DNA of 64,000 nucleotides from Macrostomum lignano. Lineage: Eukaryota. Below the pieces are notes generated by a model. It ran no database searches, was not told where the DNA came from, and was given only the letters and a program-made list of their open reading frames with translations. The stretch covers positions 372,001 to 436,000 of the forward strand of contig NIVC01000245.1 in the NCBI GenBank assembly GCA_002269645.1, read 5' to 3'. A program made the position numbers and the translations under genes. Positions 12,069 through 23,353 of the stretch are shown one piece after another (position 1 is the stretch's first letter; the number at the start of each line of letters is the position of its first letter).

Positions 12069-12111
<43 letters not shown>

Positions 12112-12217
12112 GACGAGGAACCAGACACATGAAGTGATTCAGACAAGGGGGGTACAAACATAACAGAAAACACAAGAGTACACAATGTCGGTTAATGTCC
12201 GTGGCACAAACACCACA
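11849..12217 (-). repeat. 3' LTR (369 bp measured from the PPT)
   Basis: Minus strand starts TGTGGTGTTTG immediately after the PPT and ends ATTACA; contains a (CAGA)n tract. Confidence 0.93.
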
Positions 12218-12228
12218 TCTCCCCCCTC
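12218..12228 (-). other. polypurine tract (GAGGGGGGAGA)
   Basis: Directly precedes the 3' LTR and overlaps the pol stop codon. Confidence 0.9.
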
Positions 12229-14870
12229 AGTCAGCTTCCTCATCACGGTATCTGAAGTCTCTCCGGTGGACGTCGCGTGCGCGCCGGATAGCGCCGCGGA
12301 GCAGCAGGCCCGGGCTCTCGTGCGCCGAATTGGCACCACCGCTGGGCACCGCCTGCACATCAGCCGCGGCAGTGGTGCTGTCGATGCCTTGTTGGTTGCG
12401 GGCGTCGCCAGGTGCCGTGTGGCCAGCGTCGGGTGACGGCTCGCTGACATCGGCGGGCTGAACGCTAGTGTCGGCGGCGGGTGCAGCCAGCAGCTGGTCG
12501 GTGTGCCCCTGCTCCGAGTCGACGGTGCAATTGCGGCTGCCAGCACTCGCGATGACGCCCTCCGCCCAGCGCGGCGAATCGCCGGCCCTCGCGCCAACGC
12601 TGTAGTCGCGGAAGAGGACGCGGTCACCTGGCAGGAACTCGCGCGCGCGCCGCCGCTCCTGTAGCAGCTGCTCCTGTCGCTGCTGCACATCGCTGGCCAG
12701 CGAAGGCTTCAGGAGATCCAGGCGGCAGCGGAGACGCCGGCCTATGAGCAGCTGGCTGGGAGCGACACCGCTGACGCTGTGCGGGGTGTTGCGGTAGGAG
12801 AGCAGCAGCCGCTGCAGCTCAGCGTTGGAGTGGCCGCTCTTGAGCAGGTGCCGCTTGAGCACCTGGACAAAGCGCTCGGCCTGGCCGTTCGTGGCAGGAT
12901 GAAACGGCGCCGAGAAGATGTGCCGAATGCCGTTGGCCTTGGTGAACTCGGCGAACTCGGCGGAGGCGAACTGAGCCCCGTTGTCGGACACCAACGTGCG
13001 AGGGATGCCTTGGCGAGCGAAGATCTCTCGCAGGCTCGCGATGGTGGAGGTCGCCGTCGCGCTGCGCATCTGCTGCACCTCCGGCCACTTGCTGTGAGCG
13101 TCTACCACCACCAGGTACACGTAGCCGTTGACGGGCCCGGCGAACTCGACATGCAGGCGCTCCCATGGCTCTGTCGGGAATGGCCGTGACTGTACTGGTG
13201 CCTTAGGCGGGTCTGCCTGGTTGAGCTGGCAGGTGCGGCAGGCCTTGGCCGCAGCTTCCAGATCGCTGTCGATGCCTGGCCACCAGACATAGCTGCGGGC
13301 AAGAGCACGCATCCTGCTGATGCCGGGATGCGCTTGGTGCAGCTCCTGCATCACTTGCTGTCGGAGCGCTGTCGGTACTACGACCCTGGCGCCCCAGAGC
13401 ACACAGCCCTGGTCAACCGATAGCTCGGACTGTCGGCGGGCGAAGTCGATGAGATCGGCCTCGATGGACGCACCCGACTGCAGACAGCGCAGCACGCGGC
13501 CCAGCGTGGCGTCCGTCCTGGTGTGCCGCGAGACTGCTTGCGCTGTGATGGCGGACCCTACGCCCTCGTCGAGCAGCAGCGAATTGACAGCCGCCTCCTC
13601 CTCAAACAGCTGCGGTAGCGGCAGCCGCGAGAGTGAGTCGCAGTTGGCGTGCTTCTCCGTCGGCCGGAACTCCAGCGAGTAGTCATAGCTCGCCAGGCGG
13701 ATGGCCCAGCGCTGCATGCGTGCGGCTGCGTGCGCGGGGATGGCCTTGCGCTCGCCCAGCAGACCCAGCAGCGGCAAGTGGTCGGTGACGATGGTGAACC
13801 GGCGGCCGTAGAGAAACTGGTGGAAGCGCTGCAGGCCGAACATGATGGCCAGCGCCTCCTTGTCTAGCTGCGAGTAGCCACGTTGAGCTGCCGTTAGGCT
13901 GCGGCTGGCGAAGGCGACTGCGCAGTCCTTGTTGCCGATGCGACGAGTCAGCACGACGCCCAAGCCGTAGGGTGAGGCGTCACACTCCAGGCGTAGAGGC
14001 AGGTCCGGGCTGTAGTGCACGAGCACCGGTGACTGGAGTAGCAATCGCTTCGCCTCGTCAAACGCCCGCTGCTGCGGCTGCTCCCAGGTCCAGCGCGTGT
14101 TCTTGGCCAGGAGCTGGTGGAGTAGTGCCAGCACGGTGGACAGGTTTGGCAGAAACTTGCAATACTGTGCCAACATGCCGAGAAACGAGCGCAGCTGGTT
14201 GACATCTTTTGGAGCCAGCGCATCCTGGACGGCGGAGACTCGATCAGGCAGCGGACTGAGGCCGTTGGCGTCGATGCGATGGCCCAGATACTCGACGGAG
14301 TCCTTAAAGAACTGGCACTTGTCTTTGTTCAGACGAAGGCCAGCGCCCTGCAGGCGATGCAGGACTAGAGCCAGGTTCTTTTTGTGCTGCTGCAGCGTGC
14401 CGCCTGTGACGAGGATGTCGTCGACGAAGACCTGGACGGCGTCGAGGCCCCCCAGCAGGGTGTCCAGCGTCCGCTGAAAGATTGCGCTGGCGCTGGTGAT
14501 GCCGAAAGGCATGCGGTTTAGCTGGAAAAGTCCTCTTGGCGTGTTGATGGTGAGGAAGGCCTTGCTGTCTTCGGACAGCGGCAGCTGCAGGAAGGCGTTG
14601 GACAGGTCCAGCTTGGACCACTTGCAGCCACCGCCGAGCTTGGCGAAGAGGTCCTCGATGCGTGGCAGCGGGTAGTGCTCCGGCTTGCTCGCCGCGTTGT
14701 AGGTGAGCTTGTAGTCACCGCAGATCCTAACGCTGCCGTCCTTCTTCACCACTGGCACAATGGGTGCCGCCCAGTCACTGTGCTTGACCGCTTTGATGAT
14801 TCCGCTGGCCTCCATGCGCTGCAGCTCGGCGTCCACACGTTCGCGCAGAGCGTAGGGGACGGGACGGGCC
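12227..14870 (-). CDS. pol: Pol: reverse transcriptase, RNase H, integrase
   Basis: YPLPRIEDLF, KLDLSNAF and VFVDDILV (RT); LECDASPYGLG and DKEALAI (RH); H-x2-H..C-x2-C, VSDNG and GQAER (IN). First integrase catalytic Asp reads Glu (LHVEFAG). Confidence 0.95.
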
Positions 14871-15545
14871 GTGGCTGCGCGCCTTCGGTGACCTGCAACC
14901 GGACTTGGCCATGCTGAAATTCTCCCAGGCCGTCCTCGAAGACAGAGGAGAACTCCTTGATGAGGTCCCCGACGCCGTCGTCTGCAGAGACGGAGTGGAC
15001 CTGCGCCATGATGCTCGGCCAGTTCAGCCGCAGTCTGGCCAGCCAGTCGCGCCCCAGCAACGGAGTGTCGCCCTGTGTGACGACAAGCAGAGGGAGCTGC
15101 AGCTGCTGACCGTCGAGCTGGACGGTGACAGACGCCTGGCCGATGGGGCGAAATCGCTCGTTGGTGAAGGTGCGCAGGATAGCTGCGGACGGTGACAGAT
15201 GCAGCTGCGGCAACAGCTTTTGCTGCAGGCTCTGCGGGATCAGAGTGACCGCAGATCCAGTGTCAATAATGAATCGGCACGGCTGTTCGTTAACCTGCAG
15301 CTGCACCGTCGGGCCTGCGTTGCTTCCAGACGGCTGAACGGCGAAGATTGGCATTTGGGCGGTCGCCTCGGGTGGCGATTGCGGATCCTCATGCAGGAGT
15401 TGCAGCTTGGCCGAGCGGCAAACCTTACAGATGTGGCCAGTCTTGCCACAGGCGTGGCACTTGGCGTCCCGCAGCTTGCACTGCTGGCGGCTGTGGGCGC
15501 CGCCGCAGCTTCCGCAGGCGCCGCTGTTGCTGTTGCTGCCAGCAT
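14870..15545 (-). CDS. Gag zinc knuckles plus aspartic protease (frameshifted segment)
   Basis: CGSCGGAHSRQQC and CHACGKTGHICKVC; IIDTGSAVTLI and LLGRDWL protease motifs. Confidence 0.92.
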
Positions 15546-16231
15546 TGCCGCCTTTTTTTGCCGAAGCTGCTGGTACTGCCGCTTTTTCCGCCGCCTCGCT
15601 GCTGAAATACGCCCCCACCGCCGCCATGGGAAGACGCGGCACCGCGGCGCTTGTGCTGCTGGTTGCCGTGCGCATGCAGCTGAGCGACAGGGGCTGCCGC
15701 TCTGTGCGCCATCTCGTGCGATGACTTCTCTGCAGACTCCAAGGAGAGGATTTTCTGCTGCAGAGACTTAAAGGTGGGCTTCACCTCCTCCAGCAGCTTC
15801 ACTCGGAAGGCGTCACTGAGCAGCCCGAAGACGAGTTGGTCGCGGAGCCGCTCCTCCAGAGTGTTGCCGAAGTTGCAGTGGGCCGACAAGGCCTTCAGAC
15901 CGGCGATGAACTCAGCGAAGGTCTCACCAGGCTGCTGCAGACGACACTGGAAGCGAAAGCGGGCTGCCAGCTCGGATGGCTGTGGAGCGTAGTGATTTCG
16001 CAGGATCTCCGTTAGCTCATCGAATGAATTGTCTGCGATCTTTTTGGGAAGACAGAGGTTGCGCAGCACTGAATAAGCTTCCTCGCCAATTGCTGTGACG
16101 AGTGTAGCCACCTTAGCCTCTTCCTTCACCTCTTTGCAGATGAAGTAATGTTGCAGTCTCTCCAGATATACGTCAATATCTGTGTTCGCGGAGAGAATTG
16201 GGATGCCTCCCAGCGTGGAACTCGTCGCCAT
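15545..16231 (-). CDS. gag: Gag N-terminal/capsid region
   Basis: YLERLQHYF, ARFRFQCRLQQPGETFAEFIAGL and RLRDQLVFGL are typical Gypsy/Mag Gag motifs; the ATG overlaps the PBS. Confidence 0.92.
16221..16230 (-). other. primer-binding site TGGCGACGAG (tRNA-Ser GCU type)
   Basis: One base after the 5' LTR end; complementary to the CTCGTCGCCA 3' end of eukaryotic tRNA-Ser(GCU). Confidence 0.85.
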
Positions 16232-16451
16232 TGTAATAACATTAAAGGCAAAGGCTGGCTTGTTGCACGAATTCAGTTTGCTCTGCTGAGCTTAGAATCG
16301 CAGAGACATCGGAAAGGAAGTGCCGTTCCCAAGCAGAGTGGGAGGCACCTTTAAGGAGTATATTTGGGGTGGGTGCGCCCCGAGCTTCGTAGAGGGAAGG
16401 CAGTGGGACTCACATAGACAGTGGAAAGATACAATGGGGTGAGTCACACGC

Positions 16452-16494
<43 letters not shown>

Positions 16495-16548
16495 GACGAG
16501 GAACCAGACACACGAAGTGATTCAGACAAGGGGGGTACAAACATAACA
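16232..16548 (-). repeat. 5' LTR (317 bp, 52 bp shorter than the 3' LTR)
   Basis: Colinear with 11849-12165; 4 substitutions counted by eye. Confidence 0.95.
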
Positions 16549-17559
16549 GAATATAAGTTTCTTAAATCATCATATTTGTCAAAATTTGCGGTGTTATTTT
16601 TTACCTACAAAATCCAATACAAAATCTGTGTCATTCACTATAACTAACATCTTGGAGTTAGACTTGCAATATATTACAACAATGAATAATGTCACCTAAG
16701 TCTAGCTCCAATATGTAGCCTAAGTAGTATCTTGATAACTGCATGAATAATTTTACTAAAGTCAAAATGGATGACAATCTTGGATTCAGCTATTTATTCC
16801 TTCTAGGTGCAAAATGCTATTACTTGCTAGTGCCATTTTTTCCTCCAATTTTTCTCTTTTGTCTTTAAGGCAGTACCTTGGTGAAGATGAAAGGCCTTTT
16901 GATACTCAGTACTTATTTTTCTTGCCATTATACTAAATACTAAAAAGTATACAATTCCTGTTCAAATCAATAATTGACTTGTAGACAAAGGGAGAAAAAA
17001 AACAAAACAAAAAAAACAAATTGTCCAAGACAATTTTACTTGAATAAAGTGATTTATAAAACTGAAGAAATAATTTGTTCTTTAAAAAATTGTTTTTTTA
17101 ATGGATTTGCATGAATAATTTTTGTTCTTTGCTTATTGGGTGCCCCAAAAGAAGGCACTAGATTACTAGTATTAGTCTAAAAAATGGGTTAAGTCAAGTA
17201 ACCAAAAACCCAAAGTTACTTGAGTTGTTTTGAGCTCATGTCAAGTATTCAGACTCTAGCATATAGCATAGATTCATAAGTGGCATATATTTGGCTTTTA
17301 TACTTTAGCTAAATAACTGTGAATATGTTTTAGTATCATGTTCATATTATCTAATCTATAATGATCGTAACTGATTATCAATGAAGTTGAAGAGTCCAAC
17401 AGCTCCTATAAAGCTAAATTGAATGCCATTAAAGAAAAATTTTCTATAAAATAAGTTGTTTTTTTTAGTTAAATGTATGCATATCATATATTTTCATATA
17501 TATTTTTAATAGCAGTGACCCTTGTGAGAGAGTTGGCGAAAATATATGGGATATAAAAG

Positions 17560-17583
17560 AGACAGACAGATAGACAGGCAGGC

Positions 17584-17626
<43 letters not shown>
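17560..17626. repeat. (CAGA)n microsatellite
   Basis: Direct reading. Confidence 0.95.
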
Positions 17627-17657
17627 AAAGCTTCTAGCTTAAATTGAAACCTATTTT

Positions 17658-18255
17658 CAATGACCTTGAAGCTCTTAGCAGTGACCTTGAAGCTTTTATC
17701 AATGACCTTGAAGCTCTTAGCAGTGACCTTGAAGCTTTTATCAATGACCTTGAAGCTCTTAGCAGGGACCTTAAAGCTTTTATCAATGACCTTGAAGCTC
17801 TTAGCAGGGACCTTGAAGCTTTTATCAATGACCTTGAAGCTCCGAGCAGTGACCTTAAAGCTTTTATCAATGACCTTGAAGCTCTTAGCAGGGACCTTAA
17901 AGCTTTTATTAATGACCTTGAAGCTCTTAGCAGGGACCTTGAAGCTTTTATCAATGACCTTGAAGCTCCTAGCAGTGACCTTAAAGCTTTTATCAATGAC
18001 CTTGAAGCTCTTAGCAGGGACCTTAAAGCTTTTATCAATGACCTTGAAGCTCTTAGCAGGGACCTTGAAGCTTTTATCAATGACCTTGAAGCTCCTAGCA
18101 GTGACCTTAAAGCTTTTATCAATGACCTTGAAGCTCCTAGCAGGGACCTTGAAGCTTTTAACAATGACCTTGAAGCTCCTAGCAGTGACCTTAAAGCTTT
18201 TAACAATGACTGAAGTTTTTGGCAATGACTTTGCAGCTTTTAGCAATGACCTTAA
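17658..18255. repeat. 42-bp minisatellite of two 21-bp subunits (AATGACCTTGAAGCTCTTAGC / AGTGACCTTGAAGCTTTTATC)
   Basis: About 14 tandem units, degenerate at the right end. Confidence 0.95.
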
Positions 18256-18441
18256 AGCTTATTCTGTCATCTTTTAGCCCATAAGCCTCATATCAATGAC
18301 CCTTTCATGTCTACAGAAATCTCTTTTAAGCACCTTAAAACTATAATGATTTTTTAAACACCAAAACAATTCAAGCAACCGAACCTCTTACCAACTCTGA
18401 ATTAATCCGCTACAAAAAATTCAAATATAAAAGTGCATAAA

Positions 18442-18861
18442 ATGCTGGTTGTAAACCTGATGCGCTCAGTGCTGAGCAGGGCTGCCTCCTCCTCTTCGTC
18501 ATCAGCGGCCTCCAATGCCACTAGAACTCTGCCGCGTCGAAATGGCCCAGCCGCAAACAACTTTCACACTGTAGAGCCGCAATTGTGCGATGCAGTTATT
18601 CCTAAAAAGGATCTTGTCGATTCGGGATTTCGCTACCTGCCTAGGATATTCTACGCCCAGGTGAATATGGACTGGATGCTGCGCCGGCAGCAGACAATTA
18701 AATACGCTGGCGACAGGTATGGCAAACGGCCAAAGCGCATGTCAATGATTAAGCGATACAATAAGCTGTCTTACGAGGCTTTGATGAAAACACCGAAAGG
18801 TATTTGGAGGATGCATCGGCGATTGATTGACAACAGGGACCGGTTGTGGCCCTATCAGTGA
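18442..18861 (+). CDS. small basic protein (139 aa) with mitochondrial transit-peptide-like N-terminus; possible mitoribosomal protein
   Basis: Non-repetitive, higher-GC ORF in AT-rich DNA; MLVVNLMRSVLSRAASSS leader; Arg/Lys-rich body; AATAAA about 80 bp downstream. Family not securely recognised. Confidence 0.6.
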   Translation: MLVVNLMRSVLSRAASSSSSSAASNATRTLPRRNGPAANNFHTVEPQLCDAVIPKKDLVDSGFRYLPRIFYAQVNMDWMLRRQQTIKYAGDRYGKRPKRMSMIKRYNKLSYEALMKTPKGIWRMHRRLIDNRDRLWPYQ

Positions 18862-19068
18862 TTCCATTTGGACTAAAGAGACTCGTGTCTTTGTTAGCAA
18901 TCTAGCTTTACAAGTTTGTACTGCCGTTTATTTGTAAAAATAAAAAACAATACCTTAGTTGCTTAGTTGAAATTATACTGGTTGCATTTTGTTGACCAAG
19001 CTAAAGAGTGTATTACTTCTCTGTTTTGCCGTGATAATTTTTTTAACCCAGTCTCAGAGCTCTTCTTT

Positions 19069-19373
19069 GCCCTTCACTGTTTAAGTCTCTCAAGAATCGC
19101 CCTTCACTGTTTAAGTCTCTCAAGAATCGCCGTTCACTGTTTCAGTCTCTCAAGAATCGCCCTTCACTGCTTCAGTCTCTCAAGAATCACCCTTCACTGT
19201 TTCAGTCTCTCAAGAATCGCCCTTCACTGTTTAAGTCTCTCAAGAATCGCCGTTCACTGTTTCAGTCTCTCAAGAATCGCCCTTCACTGCTTCAGTCTCT
19301 CAAGAATCGCCCTTCACTGTTTCAGTCTCTCAAGAATCGCCCTTCACTGTTTCAGCCTCTCAAGAATCGCCCT
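19069..19373. repeat. 30-bp minisatellite (CCCTTCACTGTTTCAGTCTCTCAAGAATCG)
   Basis: About 10 copies. Confidence 0.95.
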
Positions 19374-20317
19374 TTATTTTTTCAGTGCCTGAAGGACTGC
19401 GTCACTGCGTCGTAGATTCAGATAGACTCAGATTAAATAGATCTGAGATTCGTAGACTCAGATATACCTGAGTATATATAAATTTGACTTGGGAATAAAA
19501 ATCGAGCTAAATTGTTCTTCATTGCTACTTTTAGTAGATTAAATAGATAAAACGTTTAAAAATTGAAAAATCAACAATTTTAGATTTGATTGAAACTGTA
19601 GAATGAGAGGAGGAGGAGGAGGGCAAAATAAGATGCTACATGACTGTATCAGATAGCGATAAGCTACAACGAAGTCCTGCTGAGGAAACCGCGCAGAAAA
19701 GATGGCACGCACTCGTAACTGTAGGGCTCAAATTTCGAGCGGAGCAAGAATTTCATGTTAAGTTTCTAGGAGAGGAAAGAAACAAGATTGGCCTTACTCT
19801 TGCGTGTAAGGCGAGGCATAGCTAAGCAAAACGGTTGAGAATTTGACAGGCAAAGGTCTGAGACAGTGACACAGAATATCCATGTCAGTTATTTTTAACT
19901 CCCAATCTATCCATGCTAGTGAAGGAATCAATGTATTTGGCTGCCACGGCTGTGGGATGATAAATAAGGGTAGAAATGTTGCTCGTACTTTATTACAAAG
20001 ACTACTTTCTTCTCCTATTAAAATTATCGACTGCCATCATCGTTCTATAGCTGAACCAATATATGGCCTGAATTCTGTCACGTGATGCCTCGTGCAAGCG
20101 CTGCTGTTGACTGAGCTGCTAACTGCTAGCTCCTAAGCTTCGTGAAATCAGCCCCTGGTGGTAAAGCCGAATCTGATTGCTTTTTTAGCTTATGGACTCT
20201 TCCGACGTGTTTTTTTAAGCGGACCAAGCTGACCGAAAAGCGCTTTCACCGTCTCGACAGCTAATTCTCGCGTCTTTTTGAAACTCTATGTACTTCCGGT
20301 GGCTCTTCAAGGCTACT

Positions 20318-20640
20318 TCTAGCGCCTCTCTTTAGCTACTTCTGGCGCCTCTCTTTAGCTACTTCTGCGCCTGTTTAGCTACTTCTGGCGCCACTAGAGC
20401 TACTTCTGGCGTCTCTTTAGCTACTTCTGGCGCCTCTAGCTACTTCTGGCGCCTCTTAGCTACTTCTGGCGCCTCTTTAGCTAATTCTGGCGCTTCTAGC
20501 TAATTCTGGCGCCTCTTTAGCTACTTCTGGCGCCTCTTTAGCTACTTCTGGCGCCTCTCTTTAGCTACTGCTGGCACCTCTTAAAAGCTAATGTCGCCTC
20601 TGAAGCTACGTATGACGCCTCTTCAAGCTACATCAGGCGC
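20318..20640. repeat. degenerate ~21-bp minisatellite (CTCTTTAGCTACTTCTGGCGC)
   Basis: Direct reading. Confidence 0.9.
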
Positions 20641-21624
20641 TTTTAAAGCTAATTCCGTTGCCTTTAATTCTAATTCCTGCATCTCTAAAGTCTCCTGTCT
20701 CTCTGAAGCTCCTTTTTTCTGAACAAGTTACATTTAATTTTAATTTCATTTTAGGTGCTTTGATGCAGTCTTTCAGGGCTTTTTTTGCTATTTTAGGTTT
20801 TAGTAGATATACCATAGGCTATACACGTAATGTATGCTTCAATGATGAACTGAAATTATGCATTCTAGAAATAGACTGGCTTTGACTGAGAAAAATGCGT
20901 TGAAATTTGAAAATATTTTTTTATACTGTATTTGGGAATTCACGTGAAAAACTCGTATCACGACAAAGGAAAATTTCAGACCACTCTTCAGAGATATGTA
21001 AAGAGCCATGTCTGCATGCTGGAGAGCTGCTTGAGTTCCTTCAAAATATATCAGTCATAGGCCACTCTACGCGCGTATTTATATTATAAATAGTACATGT
21101 GGCTAATCCTTGAGCTGTACTGACACGTAACAAGGAGTATATAGCTACATTCAGTGTTTTCCTAAGATTTTCTTTATCTCCTGCAGTGCATCAGATGCAT
21201 CCATGATTCAGTGGTTGACTAGAGGCGACTTTTGCGCATCTCCACACTGTTCATGGCGGGTGTTCAGAACATTGATCCAAAAAGTTAACTCCTCCAAGTG
21301 AACATAACATTATCGCTATAGCAGCTTCCTTTCATCTGACTTGATCCGCATTGGAGATTGCATGATTCGGGGTCCAGACAAAGTGTACGTGCTTGTTCTA
21401 CTTGCTTGATGCAGAAGGACAAGTGCAAAAAGCATTCCTACATGTAGTGAGTCTGCAAAGACACAAACGAGGATTAGTCTTCTGCAGCTCCGATCCGACG
21501 GGATTTGATGTTTAGGATTTAGCAAGGATTTTGCATGGACTGCTGACACAGAAAATTAGCTGAATTCGATAGCTTTAAATTTCTTTTTGGTACACAGTCT
21601 GTCAGAAACATTACGGTTCGACAG

Positions 21625-21960
21625 TCTCCACAATGTTACAGTTCGATTAAGTCCCCACAATGTTGCAGTTCAGTAAAGTCTCCACAATGTTACAGTTCGA
21701 TAAAGTCTCCGCAATGTTACAGTCGTAAATTTTCCACAATGTTACAGTTCGATAAAGTCTCCGCAATGTTACAGTGGTAAAGTCTCCACAATGTTACAGT
21801 TCGATAAAGTCTCCACAAATGTTACAGTTCGGTAAAGTCTCCACAATGTTACAGTTCGATAAAGTCTCCGCAATGTTACAGTGGTAAAGTCTCCACAATG
21901 TTACAGTTCGGTAAAGTCTCCGCATGTCACACTTTGGGAGTCTCCGTAATGTTACATTTC
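21625..21960. repeat. 25-27-bp minisatellite (AAAGTCTCCACAATGTTACAGTTCGAT)
   Basis: Direct reading. Confidence 0.9.
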
Positions 21961-22959
21961 ATTACACAGTCCCCAGACGTCAAATTCTATAGAAATCGTT
22001 CCTAATTGTGGCGAGATGAATTCTTATAAAGAGTGCATCAATAATTTATTTGTTTTTGTTTGCTTTACTGAAGGATTCACTCTATACATGTAGCTTCATC
22101 TTGGATTGAGGAAAATAACCGAGTCCCAGTCTCTGAAATTTTTAGTGATCCATGGCTTCGGCTGGCGTGGATCGAGGAATGTGGCATGAAACTGGGACTA
22201 GGCCTACTCGTTAACGAGTCGTAACCTTATTTGGAAAATAGCAGCCTACATGTATCTTTCAACTCCCTGTTCGCCTGTCCTCGTCGCTTGTCCCCTCTAG
22301 GGAATTATAGAGGCTAGCAGTTTCTGCTTAACTCCGCGGAAGACATACGAGAGTATGTATATCGGACATACGATGTTTACGACGAGTGCATGTTTATGAA
22401 TCTGAGCAGTGTCCTACGATGCGCATAAAACAACAACACTTCGTGCAGCTTCTATTGTTTTCCAAAAAGCCGATTTGATTCCGTGCGTGACCTGTTTGTG
22501 CTCAGGAATGGGTAGAATTACCTTTAGCACTGTCTGTGGGACGATGTCGTCAAAGGTGTTGTGCCAGGGTGCCTATATACAGCCCTAAAATTATTATTCT
22601 CAACTGTATTAGGTTCTCCACTATCGGTGGCGCCGAAGTATATAGCTGTTGAAGAACTGCTGACAACGGAAACAAAATAAAAAATGACTCATTTTTGTGT
22701 AACTCAACCACTTGCTCCACCGTGCTACTAATACGGCCCGTAAGCGCGATCATTCCTTCGCCCTCCTAACTGCTCGTTATACTAAAAGCTAAAACTATTG
22801 TTATCTCGTAGTAATAGGCTCTATCAATATTCTTTTATCCACAAAGGGAGTTTCATTTCGATTCAAACAACCAAAGTAATACTAAGTAAAAATTAAATCT
22901 GCTGGCCTTTGTAGGTGCCAAAATGTGCTTTCGGGCTAGCTAATGTGTAGCAGTGTTAA

Positions 22960-23353
<394 letters not shown>

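Larger units (their letters stand above)
11849..16548 (-). mobile_element. Ty3/Gypsy LTR retrotransposon (Mag-type), near full length, defective
   Basis: Two LTRs, PBS, PPT, domain order gag-PR-RT-RH-IN; GAATA on both flanks (11844-11848, 16549-16553). Confidence 0.97.

Noticed and set aside
15535-15555. A7 run as a programmed gag-pol ribosomal frameshift
   Set aside because: It lies upstream of the Gag zinc knuckles, and removing one A restores a continuous frame; mutation or homopolymer error is more likely.
12139-16354. Numerous alternative-frame and antisense ORFs inside the Gypsy element
   Set aside because: Expected shadows of GC-rich coding sequence; no motifs.
17506-18277. Four overlapping ORFs including a heptad-like NDLEALS/SDLEAFI coiled-coil
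   Set aside because: Product of a 21/42-bp repeat open in several frames on both strands; the heptad frame starts at TTG, not ATG, and has no unique flanking domain.
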